Source: Candidatus Bathyarchaeota archaeon
GTDB taxonomy: Archaea > Thermoproteota > Bathyarchaeia > Bathyarchaeales > Bathycorpusculaceae
NCBI GenBank assembly: GCA_963782525.1
Contig: CAWAKC010000009.1
Span: forward strand, 64,001 to 128,000
Direction of reading: 5' to 3'
Length of the DNA stretch: 64,000 nucleotides
Position numbers and translations under genes: made by a program. Numbering within the stretch: the first letter of the stretch is position 1; each line of letters opens with the position of its first letter. This document shows positions 50,802 to 60,389 of this stretch, piece after piece. The notes beneath the pieces are model-generated. The model worked only from the letters and a program-made list of their open reading frames with translations. It did not search any database and was not told the DNA's origin.

Positions 50802-51749
50802 CGCCAATTTCACTGCACGAACAACATCAAATAGCACTGAGCCTGCGTTTGGCGCATCGATGGTTTGGAATTTAAGGTCGATTTTCATGGGTGCGTTGCA
50901 GAAATAGACGCCGCTTATCCAGAAGTAACTATCACGTTTGTTCTGCAGGAAGTCAACATAGTCGGTTGAGCCTGCAACGATTTCAGCTTTATAGGGGATT
51001 GCTGAGGCGACTGATTCGGTCTTTATGGTGCGTTTGGCGTCGCGTGTGCGATCCATGGTATCGACAGATTCTGTTCCTCCGCCAACGTCAAGTTGGTAGG
51101 TTTCGTTTATATGGACGCCGTTGTCTGAGAGGAGTTTGAGGAGGGTTTTGTGGAGGGCGGTGGAGCCGACTTGGTCAACTAAGTCGTCGCCAACAAGCGG
51201 AAGTTTGGCGTCAGAGAATTTCTTTGCCCATGCAGGGTCGCTTGCGATGAAGTTTGGTGTCGCGTTTACGAATGCGCATCCTGCTGCGATGGCTTGTTCT
51301 GCGTACCATTGTGAAGCTTGTGCAGCTCCAGATGGAAGCAGATTAATCATGACTTCTGCGCCTGCAGCCTTAAGAACCTTCACGGCATCTGCATCAGGCT
51401 GAGCACTTACATGTATTATGGCTTTTGTAGAGTTTCCAACACCATCGAGCAACGGTCCTTTGCTAACTTTCACGCCCATTGCGGAAACTTCTGCTACCTT
51501 GGGCGCGTTGTTTGGAGTAGCAAAAATGGCTTCAGAGAGGTCTTTGCCAACTTTTCGCTCATCAACATCGAACGCTGCCACAACTTGGATATCTTTGGGG
51601 CTTAAACCCGCCAAAACTGGGTTGCGTAGTCCAATATGGCTTTCTGGTTTGTCGAGTTTTCCGTAGTATTGAATGCCTTGGATGAAGGATGAGGCGCAGT
51701 TTCCAACGCCGATTAATGCAACTTTAACTTTAGGCATAGCTTTTTGCAC
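50685..51749 (-). CDS. ino1: myo-inositol-1-phosphate synthase-like protein
   Basis: GVGNCASS, VAAFDVD, GDD..QVG. Confidence 0.85.
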   Translation of the reverse strand: MQKAMPKVKVALIGVGNCASSFIQGIQYYGKLDKPESHIGLRNPVLAGLSPKDIQVVAAFDVDERKVGKDLSEAIFATPNNAPKVAEVSAMGVKVSKGPLLDGVGNSTKAIIHVSAQPDADAVKVLKAAGAEVMINLLPSGAAQASQWYAEQAIAAGCAFVNATPNFIASDPAWAKKFSDAKLPLVGDDLVDQVGSTALHKTLLKLLSDNGVHINETYQLDVGGGTESVDTMDRTRDAKRTIKTESVASAIPYKAEIVAGSTDYVDFLQNKRDSYFWISGVYFCNAPMKIDLKFQTIDAPNAGSVLFDVVRAVKLALDKKVKGAVEPVCAYGFKRPPQMVSLEEAEAQFKKFFA

Positions 51750-51939
51750 CTTGCTTGGGTTCTCTATTTGCGTTTGCCGTATAAAAAGATACGCCGCATA
51801 AAACCTGTTCAGAAACAGAAAAAGAAGCGCAGTCGAAGGGCGGCTATCTAAACCAGTTAGTCACCATGCGAATTGTCAAAAGAGAACACGCGAACACCGG
51901 GGGCGAACGGTCTTTTTCACTGTTGATCTGGAGGCTTTA

Positions 51940-52115
51940 GATTGGTAAAAGGGAAGCCCTGGTCTGTTGAGGAAAGCAGCCGATAACCTCATTAGCGTTT
52001 CTTCAATACTGGGCAACTCCTCGGGCAACTCAAGAGAAGTAGTAGTCGAAAGGTTGTGCTTCTCTTCGTCTACTACTTCTAACCTAACCGCTCAATTTTC
52101 TTGTAAATAGCATCC
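51940..52115 (-). pseudogene. Fragment of an HTH-type gene, probably mobile-element derived
   Basis: DAIYKKIERLG, frameshift, then EVVD..STTTSLELPEELPSIEETL. Confidence 0.45.
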
Positions 52116-52420
52116 GTAGTGTATTGCCCATCAAAGCTGAAAACAAGAGCATCAACACTGGAGCTAAAACCAGAGCACGCATAATCTATCACCTCTACCA
52201 CGATGGAAACGCAAATGACGACGCGATAAAAGTCACTGTTGGCGGAATTATCAAGAAACCTAGATCGCTACCACTGCCAGCAAATAAGTGGATCCTATTA
52301 GCCTACAACTTCCCGGTAAATCAAAACGTAACTACAGAGTTTTGGTGCCGAGGAGCAATGTACGACTACCCATTCTATTGGATCGATGAAATCTGGGTTA
52401 TCACAAAATAAGCGTTTAAC

Positions 52421-53254
52421 TCAGTTTTGCTTACTTGCCAGCTTCCTCTTTCTTCTCCTAACGTAAACCAGCAAACCCGCAATTATTGCGAGCACAATTA
52501 CTAAGGAGAAAGTGGCTACAGTTGTAGCAGGAAAAGATTCAGTTTCTAAAGGTGTCGTAGTTGGAGAAGTGGTGGGGGCAGGAGTAACTGAAGTCAGGAT
52601 GTCATTTTGGGTAGGTTTGCCGTAGGTATATGAGTTATCGCTCTTCGTTAGTTGAACCTCTTGGACCTCTTGATTTAAATTGAGATTAATGGATGTATCA
52701 TTGTCATTAACAATAGCCCAGCCTACTCTGCTCAAGCGTATAGTTAGGGGTTCTATGAAAGTTGGATTAGTTGGGTCATACCAAATATCCCATTTTGCCA
52801 TGGTTTGATTGCCCTTTACAGTGGAAGTCCCTATGTGTCCATAACTCATGCTTAATCCCATCAAATTATCCATGGATAGACCTGCACCAATCGTGCATCC
52901 TCTTATGTTTGAGCCTATAACTTTGTCGTTTGAGATTAGTTCAACTTTGTAGAAGTCTGTTACACCATCGACAGGTATACTTTGATTTGGGATTCGAGTC
53001 AAGTTAATGTCAACTTCTGCAAAAACATAGTTTGTCGATGCATTGGCATAAGTAATACTTGCGTTAAAATGGCTTATCAAAGCTGATGCGTTTGCGTCTG
53101 TTTCTGCTGATACCTCACCTATTTGGCATATAATTAAAGTAATGGATAGAATCAATAGCGCCATTACCAGAGGCATTCGCTTCATTTTAGGCACCTGGAT
53201 TTGATTTTCCTGTAATACTATGACGGTTAAGTTGCTTAAGTGGTTTTTTGTCAA
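52421..53254 (-). CDS. Secreted, C-terminally anchored hypothetical protein (start probably ~53185)
   Basis: Signal peptide MKRMPLVMALL; Thr/Pro linker; TM followed by RRRKRK. Confidence 0.75.
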   Translation of the reverse strand: MTKNHLSNLTVIVLQENQIQVPKMKRMPLVMALLILSITLIICQIGEVSAETDANASALISHFNASITYANASTNYVFAEVDINLTRIPNQSIPVDGVTDFYKVELISNDKVIGSNIRGCTIGAGLSMDNLMGLSMSYGHIGTSTVKGNQTMAKWDIWYDPTNPTFIEPLTIRLSRVGWAIVNDNDTSINLNLNQEVQEVQLTKSDNSYTYGKPTQNDILTSVTPAPTTSPTTTPLETESFPATTVATFSLVIVLAIIAGLLVYVRRRKRKLASKQN

Positions 53255-53536
53255 ACTTTCTTGCCTGTTTTGTCAAGGTTTCTGTCTAATTCAGTATCAG
53301 GTTTTATTTCCTTAGCTCGGCATACTTATCTGATTAAGCTTAGCTCAATTAACTTTGTTCAATTAGTTAGCTTTTTATCGTTGCCGTCCTGGCGTAAAAT
53401 ACCTAATATGCAGTCTAATCGCTATTACGGCCGCAGTGCCCATCCGCCACAGATGAAAGTCATATAATAAAGAAAATCCCGCCATAAGAAACGCTTATTA
53501 AACGAGCCGAATTAGAATGTAGAAGCCAGATAGTTA

Positions 53537-53614
53537 GGGCGAGTAGATCAGTCTGGCATGATCGCCACGTTGGCATCGTGGAGGTCGCGGGTTCAAATCC
53601 CGCCTCGTCCACCA
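53537..53614 (+). tRNA. tRNA-Ala(GGC)
   Basis: Acceptor GGGCGAG/CTCGTCC with G3:U70; anticodon arm ccacg-ttGGCat-cgtgg; GTTCAAATC; encoded CCA. Confidence 0.97.
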
Positions 53615-53811
53615 AACACTTATCCATGCTTACGCCTTGAAGGCGACTTATTGCCAATTTAAGGGCGTTTTCACAGATTTTGGGCGCATTTAAAAAACCA
53701 TTTCATATCTGGAACCCAGATAAGGTGCCAACAAAGTTCTTGCATCTCATAAATAATCCATTCTTGAAAACTTGTTACAAGTCTACTGGAAAAGGTCTAT
53801 TGAAGTATAGG

Positions 53812-54246
53812 CTAAGCAAAGTCTTTGGAAACTGCTTTTTGTCCAGCGAGTGAATGAACTGTAAAGGTTGTGAAGTAGTCTGTTTCTGGTTCCATGTTGG
53901 GCGGGAACCCGTGATAGTAACTTATGTATACGTTGTAGGTATGCTCGTTTTTTAGGGAAACTGAGTAATTTCCGATTGGATTGTTGCTTTGTGGATTAAA
54001 AGGAAAGTGAAAAATAGTTACCGTGCCTGTTTGAGTGTCAGCAAATTCTATTCTTTGTAGGCTTGTTGGGAATGGTTGGGATAGAGCACCACTGGATGCA
54101 AGCCCTGATACTTTTATTGCATCAGCACTTGGTGTGGGTGTTAACTGCTGATAAAAGATTAATGCCCCAACTGATGAAACTACAAGCACTACTATAACTA
54201 TGCAAGCAATAATGATTTTTCTTCGTTTGGTTGAAGCTTGAGCCAT
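53812..54246 (-). CDS. Membrane-anchored hypothetical protein
   Basis: Basic N-terminus, one TM, beta-rich domain. Confidence 0.7.
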   Translation of the reverse strand: MAQASTKRRKIIIACIVIVVLVVSSVGALIFYQQLTPTPSADAIKVSGLASSGALSQPFPTSLQRIEFADTQTGTVTIFHFPFNPQSNNPIGNYSVSLKNEHTYNVYISYYHGFPPNMEPETDYFTTFTVHSLAGQKAVSKDFA

Positions 54247-54410
54247 CCTTTCTCTCGACCTTATCAGTATGAATATGCTAAATCGCTTTTAGTTTTATTT
54301 ATGAACAGCTAAAAAATAAGTTGTTGTCTTTTGGAGAATTAACATGCAGTTTATTTTTAATAATTGGTGGTGGTGGATTAAAATTTAATCTCACATAACT
54401 GATTATCAAA

Positions 54411-54986
54411 TCATGTTAACTTCAGAGTCATCTCTCGTGTATCTCCATCTGTTGATTTTACTTTCAGGCCAAACTTTTCCGCGAGCTTAATCATCCTATC
54501 GTTATTGCTCGATAGCACACAGTAGAGCTCTTCAAGTTGATAATCTCTGGCAATTTTGATGAGGTAAGCCAAAAGTTCTGTTCCCAACCCAAACCCCTGC
54601 CAAGCATCAGCAATAACAAGGGCAAATTCGCCTCGTCTGTCCTTGAGACTCATAATTAAACGTGCAACTGAAATGATTTTTTCTCCGCTTATAGGTAGGG
54701 CAACTATTGCCATTTCTTGGTTGAAGTCTAAATCACAATATCTCGCGACGTCTTCGTTTGGTAATTCTTTGATTATTTCTAAGAACCTAAAGTGCACGCT
54801 TACAGGAGATAATGCCTTAAAGAATTCTTTGAACTTGGCATGATCAGTACATTCAATTGGCCTTAATGTAACGACAAGACCATTATGTAATGTTCGCTGT
54901 GTAGTGTATTTTTTTCTTACAGAATCAGCAAGTTTTTCGTCCACATGATCGGCGGGAATAAATTCTGCACATCCTTTGCGGTACAT
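54411..54986 (-). CDS. GNAT acetyltransferase (Pat-like GNAT domain)
   Basis: LSPVSVHFRF; EFALVIADAWQGFGLGTELL; NDRMIKLAEKFG. Confidence 0.88.
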   Translation of the reverse strand: MYRKGCAEFIPADHVDEKLADSVRKKYTTQRTLHNGLVVTLRPIECTDHAKFKEFFKALSPVSVHFRFLEIIKELPNEDVARYCDLDFNQEMAIVALPISGEKIISVARLIMSLKDRRGEFALVIADAWQGFGLGTELLAYLIKIARDYQLEELYCVLSSNNDRMIKLAEKFGLKVKSTDGDTREMTLKLT

Positions 54987-55190
54987 TATCTTTTGATTAA
55001 TATGGAAATCAATTCATAAATGATTTTAGCTTTGAAACTATAAGATCTCTCAAAATAGCTTCTCTTGCACTTTAACTTAAGATTATGGAGCATCAGTTTT
55101 GGGTTTGGGATTAAAATTTAAATTAAAATTTAATCCAAAAAAATTAAACGTGGATTTCAAAGAGTAGCGGGCTTTGCCGCTTCAACGCCC

Positions 55191-55457
55191 TTACTTACCT
55201 TTCAATGACTTCCCCATATTTCTCAGCGATCTTTTCATCTTCGCCCCTGTCGTATTATCTGCTAATCTCTGTGCTTCTGCTACATCCGCTAATCTCCTTT
55301 TCTCCGCGACATCTGCTAATCCCTTTGCTTCTTCTACGTCTGCTAATCTCTTTTTCTCCGCGACATCTGCTAATCCCTTTGCTTCTTCTACGTCTGCTAA
55401 TCTCTTTGCCTCTGCCCTCTTCTGTTCTTCATTCATTTCATGACTCACCTCCCTCAA
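55191..55457 (-). CDS. Small charged tandem-repeat (LEA-like) protein
   Basis: 9-aa units xLADVxEAK; 54-nt DNA period; gaggtga RBS suggests a start at MNEEQ. Confidence 0.65.
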   Translation of the reverse strand: MREVSHEMNEEQKRAEAKRLADVEEAKGLADVAEKKRLADVEEAKGLADVAEKRRLADVAEAQRLADNTTGAKMKRSLRNMGKSLKGK

Positions 55458-55518
55458 TTTTTTTCTCCTTAGTAAAATGAGTGATTAGAAATCCCTTTTC
55501 TGATTTAGTAACCAGTTC

Positions 55519-55755
55519 TCAGGTTTTGATTTTTCTGATTCTGTCGTAGGATGCGAGGTAACCTTGTCCTTTCACTGTGGCGACATATTTGTCGTTGTTT
55601 TGAATAATCGTGCTTTGCTCTGTGAGAATTGCCAGATAGGATTCTGCTTGCACATCATTCAAACCTAACCTGTTCATAATTCTGCTCTTATCTTTTGACG
55701 TTTCGCAGAAACGGATAATATGGGGCACAATTCCTAATGTACCGCTAAAAACCAT
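55519..55755 (-). CDS. Winged-helix regulator (HTH_45-like)
   Basis: KSRIMNRLGLN..YLAIL..YVATVKGQGYL. Confidence 0.7.
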   Translation of the reverse strand: MVFSGTLGIVPHIIRFCETSKDKSRIMNRLGLNDVQAESYLAILTEQSTIIQNNDKYVATVKGQGYLASYDRIRKIKT

Positions 55756-56175
55756 TCAGTCCACAAGTTATCTGTCGGTTGGGTGCAATTAAGCATATGT
55801 GACTGCTGAGCAACTGTAACAAGTGACCGTATACTCGATTCCGACTATACCTATATGATAATTTTTCTTCTGTATATGCCGAACCGTGTCTACGCTGAAT
55901 AGAGCGTTTTTTCCGTGTCCCTGCGGTACGTTGAAGTAGTTGGTTGGTTGGTTGTTGGATTAAAATTTAATGCACAAAAAAAATTTTTTACGCGTCACAG
56001 GTTAGGTTTTTTCAGCGGTCAAAGGTTTACGAAGCAGAGTAAGAATACGCGCGCTCACTAGGAAAATAATGTACGTATAAACACTAAGACGTACATTTCA
56101 AAGGAAACAGCGGTCAACCCTAAAAGAGAAGAAAATGCAGAAAAGCTAAACATGAAATTAGCCTAAAGAACGGGG

Positions 56176-56397
56176 TTACGGTTGACCATGCGTCCAACGC
56201 CACTGCATAGTAAAGAAAAAGAACAAAAGAACAATCGAAACCACAACGAGAAATAAACCTAAAACTAAGAGTGGCAAAGAATACAATGAACCTGTAGGCA
56301 AATAGACTTGCGAAACCGCTATTGACAAGATGCCTGAGATACCAAACGGAAGAGCCATTAAGCCATAGGTGCGAGAATTAAGCCATTTAGTAGACAC
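56176..56397 (-). CDS. Small two-TM protein
   Basis: Hydrophobic ORF abutting the IS end. Confidence 0.5.
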   Translation of the reverse strand: MSTKWLNSRTYGLMALPFGISGILSIAVSQVYLPTGSLYSLPLLVLGLFLVVVSIVLLFFFFTMQWRWTHGQP

Positions 56398-56401
56398 TTA
56401 T

Positions 56402-58077
56402 GAGACCGTGTAAAAAATAGCGCAGCGGCCAGTTGTTAACTTGAAAAAGTACTTAATACTTTTTGAGATTTTACTTTCTCTTATTCTTTATTTTTTAACA
56501 AGCGCTTGGATTAGAGCTTCAACCCCAAGAATGTTTAGAGCTCTCCTCAAATTATAAGAAAACAAAAGCAACCCAACCTCCCCACTAACCTTGCGAAGAC
56601 CTTTAAGCAGCAAATATGGAGCACCAAACGCTCTCTTCAAAGTTCCAAACGTATGCTCAATCACTTTTTTGCGTTCACCCATAATCTCTGGATGCAATTT
56701 CATCCGCTTTCTCATATCATCGACAACTTCTTCGTGCACCCACCGCCAAATTACCCGACCTACCTTATTGCCTGTGCACTTAGTCATAAAAAATTGGCAT
56801 GAAGAGCAAACACCTTTCTGGCATCTGTAAATACGCATCTCAATCCCTTCACGAACGCTCAAACAATAAAACAAAAGACGCCGCCCAGCTGGACAAACAT
56901 ACACATCAGCACTCTTATCATAACGGAATTTGTCAGCAGTAAACTCCGGAGACACAAGACCGCCACCGCTTCCAGATCTCTTCACTGCAACATAAGGCGT
57001 AACCCCACTGTCAACACATTGCTTAATCTGCATGAAGTCAAAATAACCTTTATCAGAAATACAATCAATCTGCTCTACTCCTAGTGTTTCTTTTGCGCTT
57101 ATAGCTACTCCGCTGAGCTGATTTAGGTCTGAAGCTTCGTTAGTCACCAGGTAGTTGACGATGAGATGGTTTTTTGAATCCACTGCTGCCTGCATGTTAT
57201 AGCAGGATTCAACTCTGCCATGATTCATCATCTGCCGACAATCCAGATCAGTTAGAGCAACTTCCTTTTGACCACTCTTTTCTATTTTACCAAGGATTTC
57301 TTGGCTCTTTTCTTTTTTCTCAAGCAACGCAGCCAATTTGTCTACCATAAAAGCCTTCGCCACTTCACCTGACTCGCTACTTGCTTGTTGCTCGTCAGAT
57401 GCTTCCTGCTCATCTGCAGCATCTAACTCGTCTAGGTAGTGTTTTACTGATTTTTCCATGACCTTTATTCTCTTTGCAAGCGCTCGTTGGGTAAAGGCTT
57501 TATCATTGGAGTTGACGGCCCGAAGTTTGGTGCCATCTACGGTTACTTGTTTTGCTCCATAGAGACTGAGATCTTTTAAGAAAGCTACAAAATCTTTGAA
57601 CAAGGCGCATATGGCTGCTGGGTTGTCTTTTCTAAAATCCGCTATGGTTTTAAAATCGGGTGCTAAGCCTTTGAGCAGCCACATTGCCTCAAGGTTTGTT
57701 TTGCATTCTCGTTCTAGCTTTCTGCTTGATCGGATGTGGTTTAGGCTTCCGTAGAGATAGAGTTTACAGAGATCTTTTGGGTTGTATGATGGTCTTCCAA
57801 GGTCTTGTGGTGTTGAGTGGGTGAAGCCTAACTTTTCCATGTCCAGCGTGTTTACGTAGGCGTCTATGAATCTGACTGGGTTGTCTGGTTCTACGTATTC
57901 TTCTATGGTTTTGGGCAGTAGGAACGTTTGGTTTCTGGATAAGCCTTCTACATAGCTGTCGGTTTCATCGTTCATTGTCTGCTCACTTATTTTGGTCTTG
58001 TTTGTTATGGGCGAAGGGTCTAGATTTAAGGTTAACGGCATAATAGACGAGTTAGAGCAGACTTTTCACACAGTCTC
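56402..58077 (-). mobile_element. IS1182-family insertion sequence
   Basis: Imperfect terminal IRs gagaccgtgtaaaaa and ttttcacacagtctc bracketing a transposase. Confidence 0.88.
56488..58041 (-). CDS. IS1182-family DDE transposase
   Basis: GRPSYNP, SSRKLEREC, PDFKTIADFR, VDGTK, DKGY, IEHTFGTLK. Confidence 0.95.
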   Translation of the reverse strand: MPLTLNLDPSPITNKTKISEQTMNDETDSYVEGLSRNQTFLLPKTIEEYVEPDNPVRFIDAYVNTLDMEKLGFTHSTPQDLGRPSYNPKDLCKLYLYGSLNHIRSSRKLERECKTNLEAMWLLKGLAPDFKTIADFRKDNPAAICALFKDFVAFLKDLSLYGAKQVTVDGTKLRAVNSNDKAFTQRALAKRIKVMEKSVKHYLDELDAADEQEASDEQQASSESGEVAKAFMVDKLAALLEKKEKSQEILGKIEKSGQKEVALTDLDCRQMMNHGRVESCYNMQAAVDSKNHLIVNYLVTNEASDLNQLSGVAISAKETLGVEQIDCISDKGYFDFMQIKQCVDSGVTPYVAVKRSGSGGGLVSPEFTADKFRYDKSADVYVCPAGRRLLFYCLSVREGIEMRIYRCQKGVCSSCQFFMTKCTGNKVGRVIWRWVHEEVVDDMRKRMKLHPEIMGERKKVIEHTFGTLKRAFGAPYLLLKGLRKVSGEVGLLLFSYNLRRALNILGVEALIQALVKK

Positions 58078-58405
58078 GATCATTGACATATTTAAGCAAG
58101 CGTGACGATGAATCTACACCTACAGCCTGACATTTGGTTCTGCGATAGTCAAGGTATTTTCTGACAACCTCGTTTGGGTTACAACAACCGATTTTTCACA
58201 TGGAAAAAATATTGAGAGCCACATGGAATTTATCCGCCGGCGCTCTTTTGCTTCCACTTTTAGGGTATAGAAGTACTCTCTAGAAATCTTGTATCGAGGA
58301 CTTCTTTGTTTCCGCATTGTCGCCTGAACGCTTAGGCGAAAAAAAACTAATTCAGCGACGAACGAGATAGAGTAAGCCAAATTATCTATTTCAAGCCAAT
58401 TTAGA

Positions 58406-59656
58406 TTAATCGTTTTTGTTGGCTTCAGCGTTGGTGTTTTCTTGGAGCCAATTCCTTGATTCCATCATCGTTTTTCCTGCAAACTCGAGTTTTAGTGCGC
58501 CCTCGTAGGGGCAGATTTCAACGCATCTAGCGCAGAGTATGCATTTGGATTCTGTGACGTCTCCCCCTTTCTTTTCAAACATGTCGGTGGCTTGGGTTGG
58601 GCAAACCCGTTTACAGACGCCGCATTTTGTGCATTTGCGCTCGTTCTTCTGCAGTTTGGTTAGAGCGATTTGTTTGAAGGGTGTGAAGGTGCTGAAGAGT
58701 GCGGTTAAGCCGCCGAGGGGGCAGATTCTGCACCAGAACCGCCTGTAAGCCAATGCGAGTATTGTCACGGCTATGAAGATGGATAAGTTTATTGACGTTA
58801 TGTACATGCCCAGTGTCCAGAATGGCCCATAGGTAATTTGGGAAATGTAGTTGAAGCTCATTGCGCCGATGCCGGATTCAACAATTAAGCAGAGCGGACG
58901 CATGGGGCAGACCAGGCAGAAGGGCTCGTTGATGTAGCTTACTATGCCAGCTTCGGTTCCTTGGGGACCACCAGGGGTTGTGCCTGGAATAAGTTGGGTG
59001 CCGAAGATGGCGTATGAAGCGAAGATAACGCTTAAAAGCAAAAACACGGCGATGATGATGTAGCGTGATTGCCCAAGTTTAGCGTTTGTGTTATCAGAGA
59101 ACTTCAAGTGACGGAAACGAGCAGATTTTCTGATTCGGGTCAATATATCTTGATATAAGCCGAAGGGGCAGATCCAGCCGCAGAAAAACCTACCTAAAAT
59201 AACCGACGCCGCAACAATCATTCCGAGGACGATCCCTATTTTTTCTAATCCTGAGGTTGAATAGTTAACTTGGTAGCCTATGGGGAAGTTCCAGAAGGGG
59301 AAAATGTAGGCTTGCAGTTGCCAAATGGGGCAGGTGACAGTTCGCCCGTTGGGGTAATAGCAGGCTAAGATGGGCAGAGATATGCCGTCTGGGAATTGGT
59401 TGCCTAAAACGTTGGCTCCGATTAATCGGTCACGAGGTGAAACTCCCAGGGGCGCAAATACAGACCCTGGTTGGTTGAATGGACCAATTAAAAGACCCAT
59501 AAAAACAGCTATGACAGCGACAACTTGAACAAAAAGACGTAGAGTGCTGATTTTTCGGGTTTTATCCTTGGACAATTTAAGGATAAGAATGATGCCTGCC
59601 GCCACAATTACCGCGTACAAGAACAAAATTGTTTCCGGCGAAGTAATCGACACCAT
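58406..59656 (-). CDS. Membrane 4Fe-4S polyferredoxin (NapH/MauN-like)
   Basis: GRFFCGWICPFG, RRFWCRICPLG, two CxxCxxCxxxCP motifs. Confidence 0.9.
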   Translation of the reverse strand: MVSITSPETILFLYAVIVAAGIILILKLSKDKTRKISTLRLFVQVVAVIAVFMGLLIGPFNQPGSVFAPLGVSPRDRLIGANVLGNQFPDGISLPILACYYPNGRTVTCPIWQLQAYIFPFWNFPIGYQVNYSTSGLEKIGIVLGMIVAASVILGRFFCGWICPFGLYQDILTRIRKSARFRHLKFSDNTNAKLGQSRYIIIAVFLLLSVIFASYAIFGTQLIPGTTPGGPQGTEAGIVSYINEPFCLVCPMRPLCLIVESGIGAMSFNYISQITYGPFWTLGMYITSINLSIFIAVTILALAYRRFWCRICPLGGLTALFSTFTPFKQIALTKLQKNERKCTKCGVCKRVCPTQATDMFEKKGGDVTESKCILCARCVEICPYEGALKLEFAGKTMMESRNWLQENTNAEANKND

Positions 59657-59661
59657 TCCTT

Positions 59662-60321
59662 TTAGCTCCTAACCTTAAACTTAACTAGCACTGCAACTGC
59701 GATGGTCGCAGCAACTACAGCGGCGGTTATGATAATAATCGAATGCTGAACATAGAAAGGACCGCTGGCAGTTGGGGAGCTGTAGTTAAAATGCGACACA
59801 GTAACATTTCCCTTAAGACCATTCAATACTACCGTATTGTCGGGCAAAAGTTTCCAGCCAATGCCATGGACAACGGCGCCCCCGTTAGGAACGGTTATGA
59901 GCCATTCACTCGGGTCAGTTGACTTCGTGGTGTTTAAACCGAGATTGATGGATTGTTTGCCTTGGCCGTCCGCGTTGTACTTTATGCTTGTTGTTCGTCC
60001 AAACTGATTGGTTGTTCTAAAAGAGTAAATTGTTATGTTGGAGTTTTCTGTGGAAAATTTCAGGGTTCCGTTTGATGGGTAATTGGCAAGTTCTAAATCA
60101 GTAAAAACCCAGGTGTTGTTCTGCAACGTTGCCGAAGTGCAGGAGCCGTTTAGGGCAAAATGGATTGATACATTGTTTTCTGGGATGCTGAATGTTTCGT
60201 TTGGAGTAATAGTTATGTTGGTTTGTGCTTGAGTGTTGGAATAGACTGGCAGAAAAATTAAGGCTATTGTGATAACGATTGCAAGTCCAGTTAGGACTGT
60301 TTTGCCTCTAGCTACCAACAT
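59662..60321 (-). CDS. Secreted, TM-anchored hypothetical protein
   Basis: Signal peptide, many N-x-S/T sequons, C-terminal TM. Confidence 0.75.
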   Translation of the reverse strand: MLVARGKTVLTGLAIVITIALIFLPVYSNTQAQTNITITPNETFSIPENNVSIHFALNGSCTSATLQNNTWVFTDLELANYPSNGTLKFSTENSNITIYSFRTTNQFGRTTSIKYNADGQGKQSINLGLNTTKSTDPSEWLITVPNGGAVVHGIGWKLLPDNTVVLNGLKGNVTVSHFNYSSPTASGPFYVQHSIIIITAAVVAATIAVAVLVKFKVRS

Positions 60322-60389
60322 AAGTCCACTTTGGTTACCTCAAGGTGGTTGACTTTAGCTATAAGTCTTTTCAAGCTTTGCCCGGATGG

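Larger units (their letters stand above)
54375..55971. repeat. Three dispersed copies of the palindrome GGATTAAAATTTAAT(CC)
   Basis: At 54375, 55108 (internally duplicated) and 55957; each preceded by a GT-rich tract. Confidence 0.8.

Noticed and set aside
52124-52411. 95-aa ORF
   Set aside because: No clear start signal or motif; may be a gene fragment
53460-53657. 65-aa ORF across the tRNA
   Set aside because: Antisense translation of tRNA-Ala
55255-55420. Repeats resembling a CRISPR array
   Set aside because: Tandem in-frame coding repeats with no unique spacers and no cas genes
58120-58380. 86-aa ORF
   Set aside because: No RBS or recognisable features
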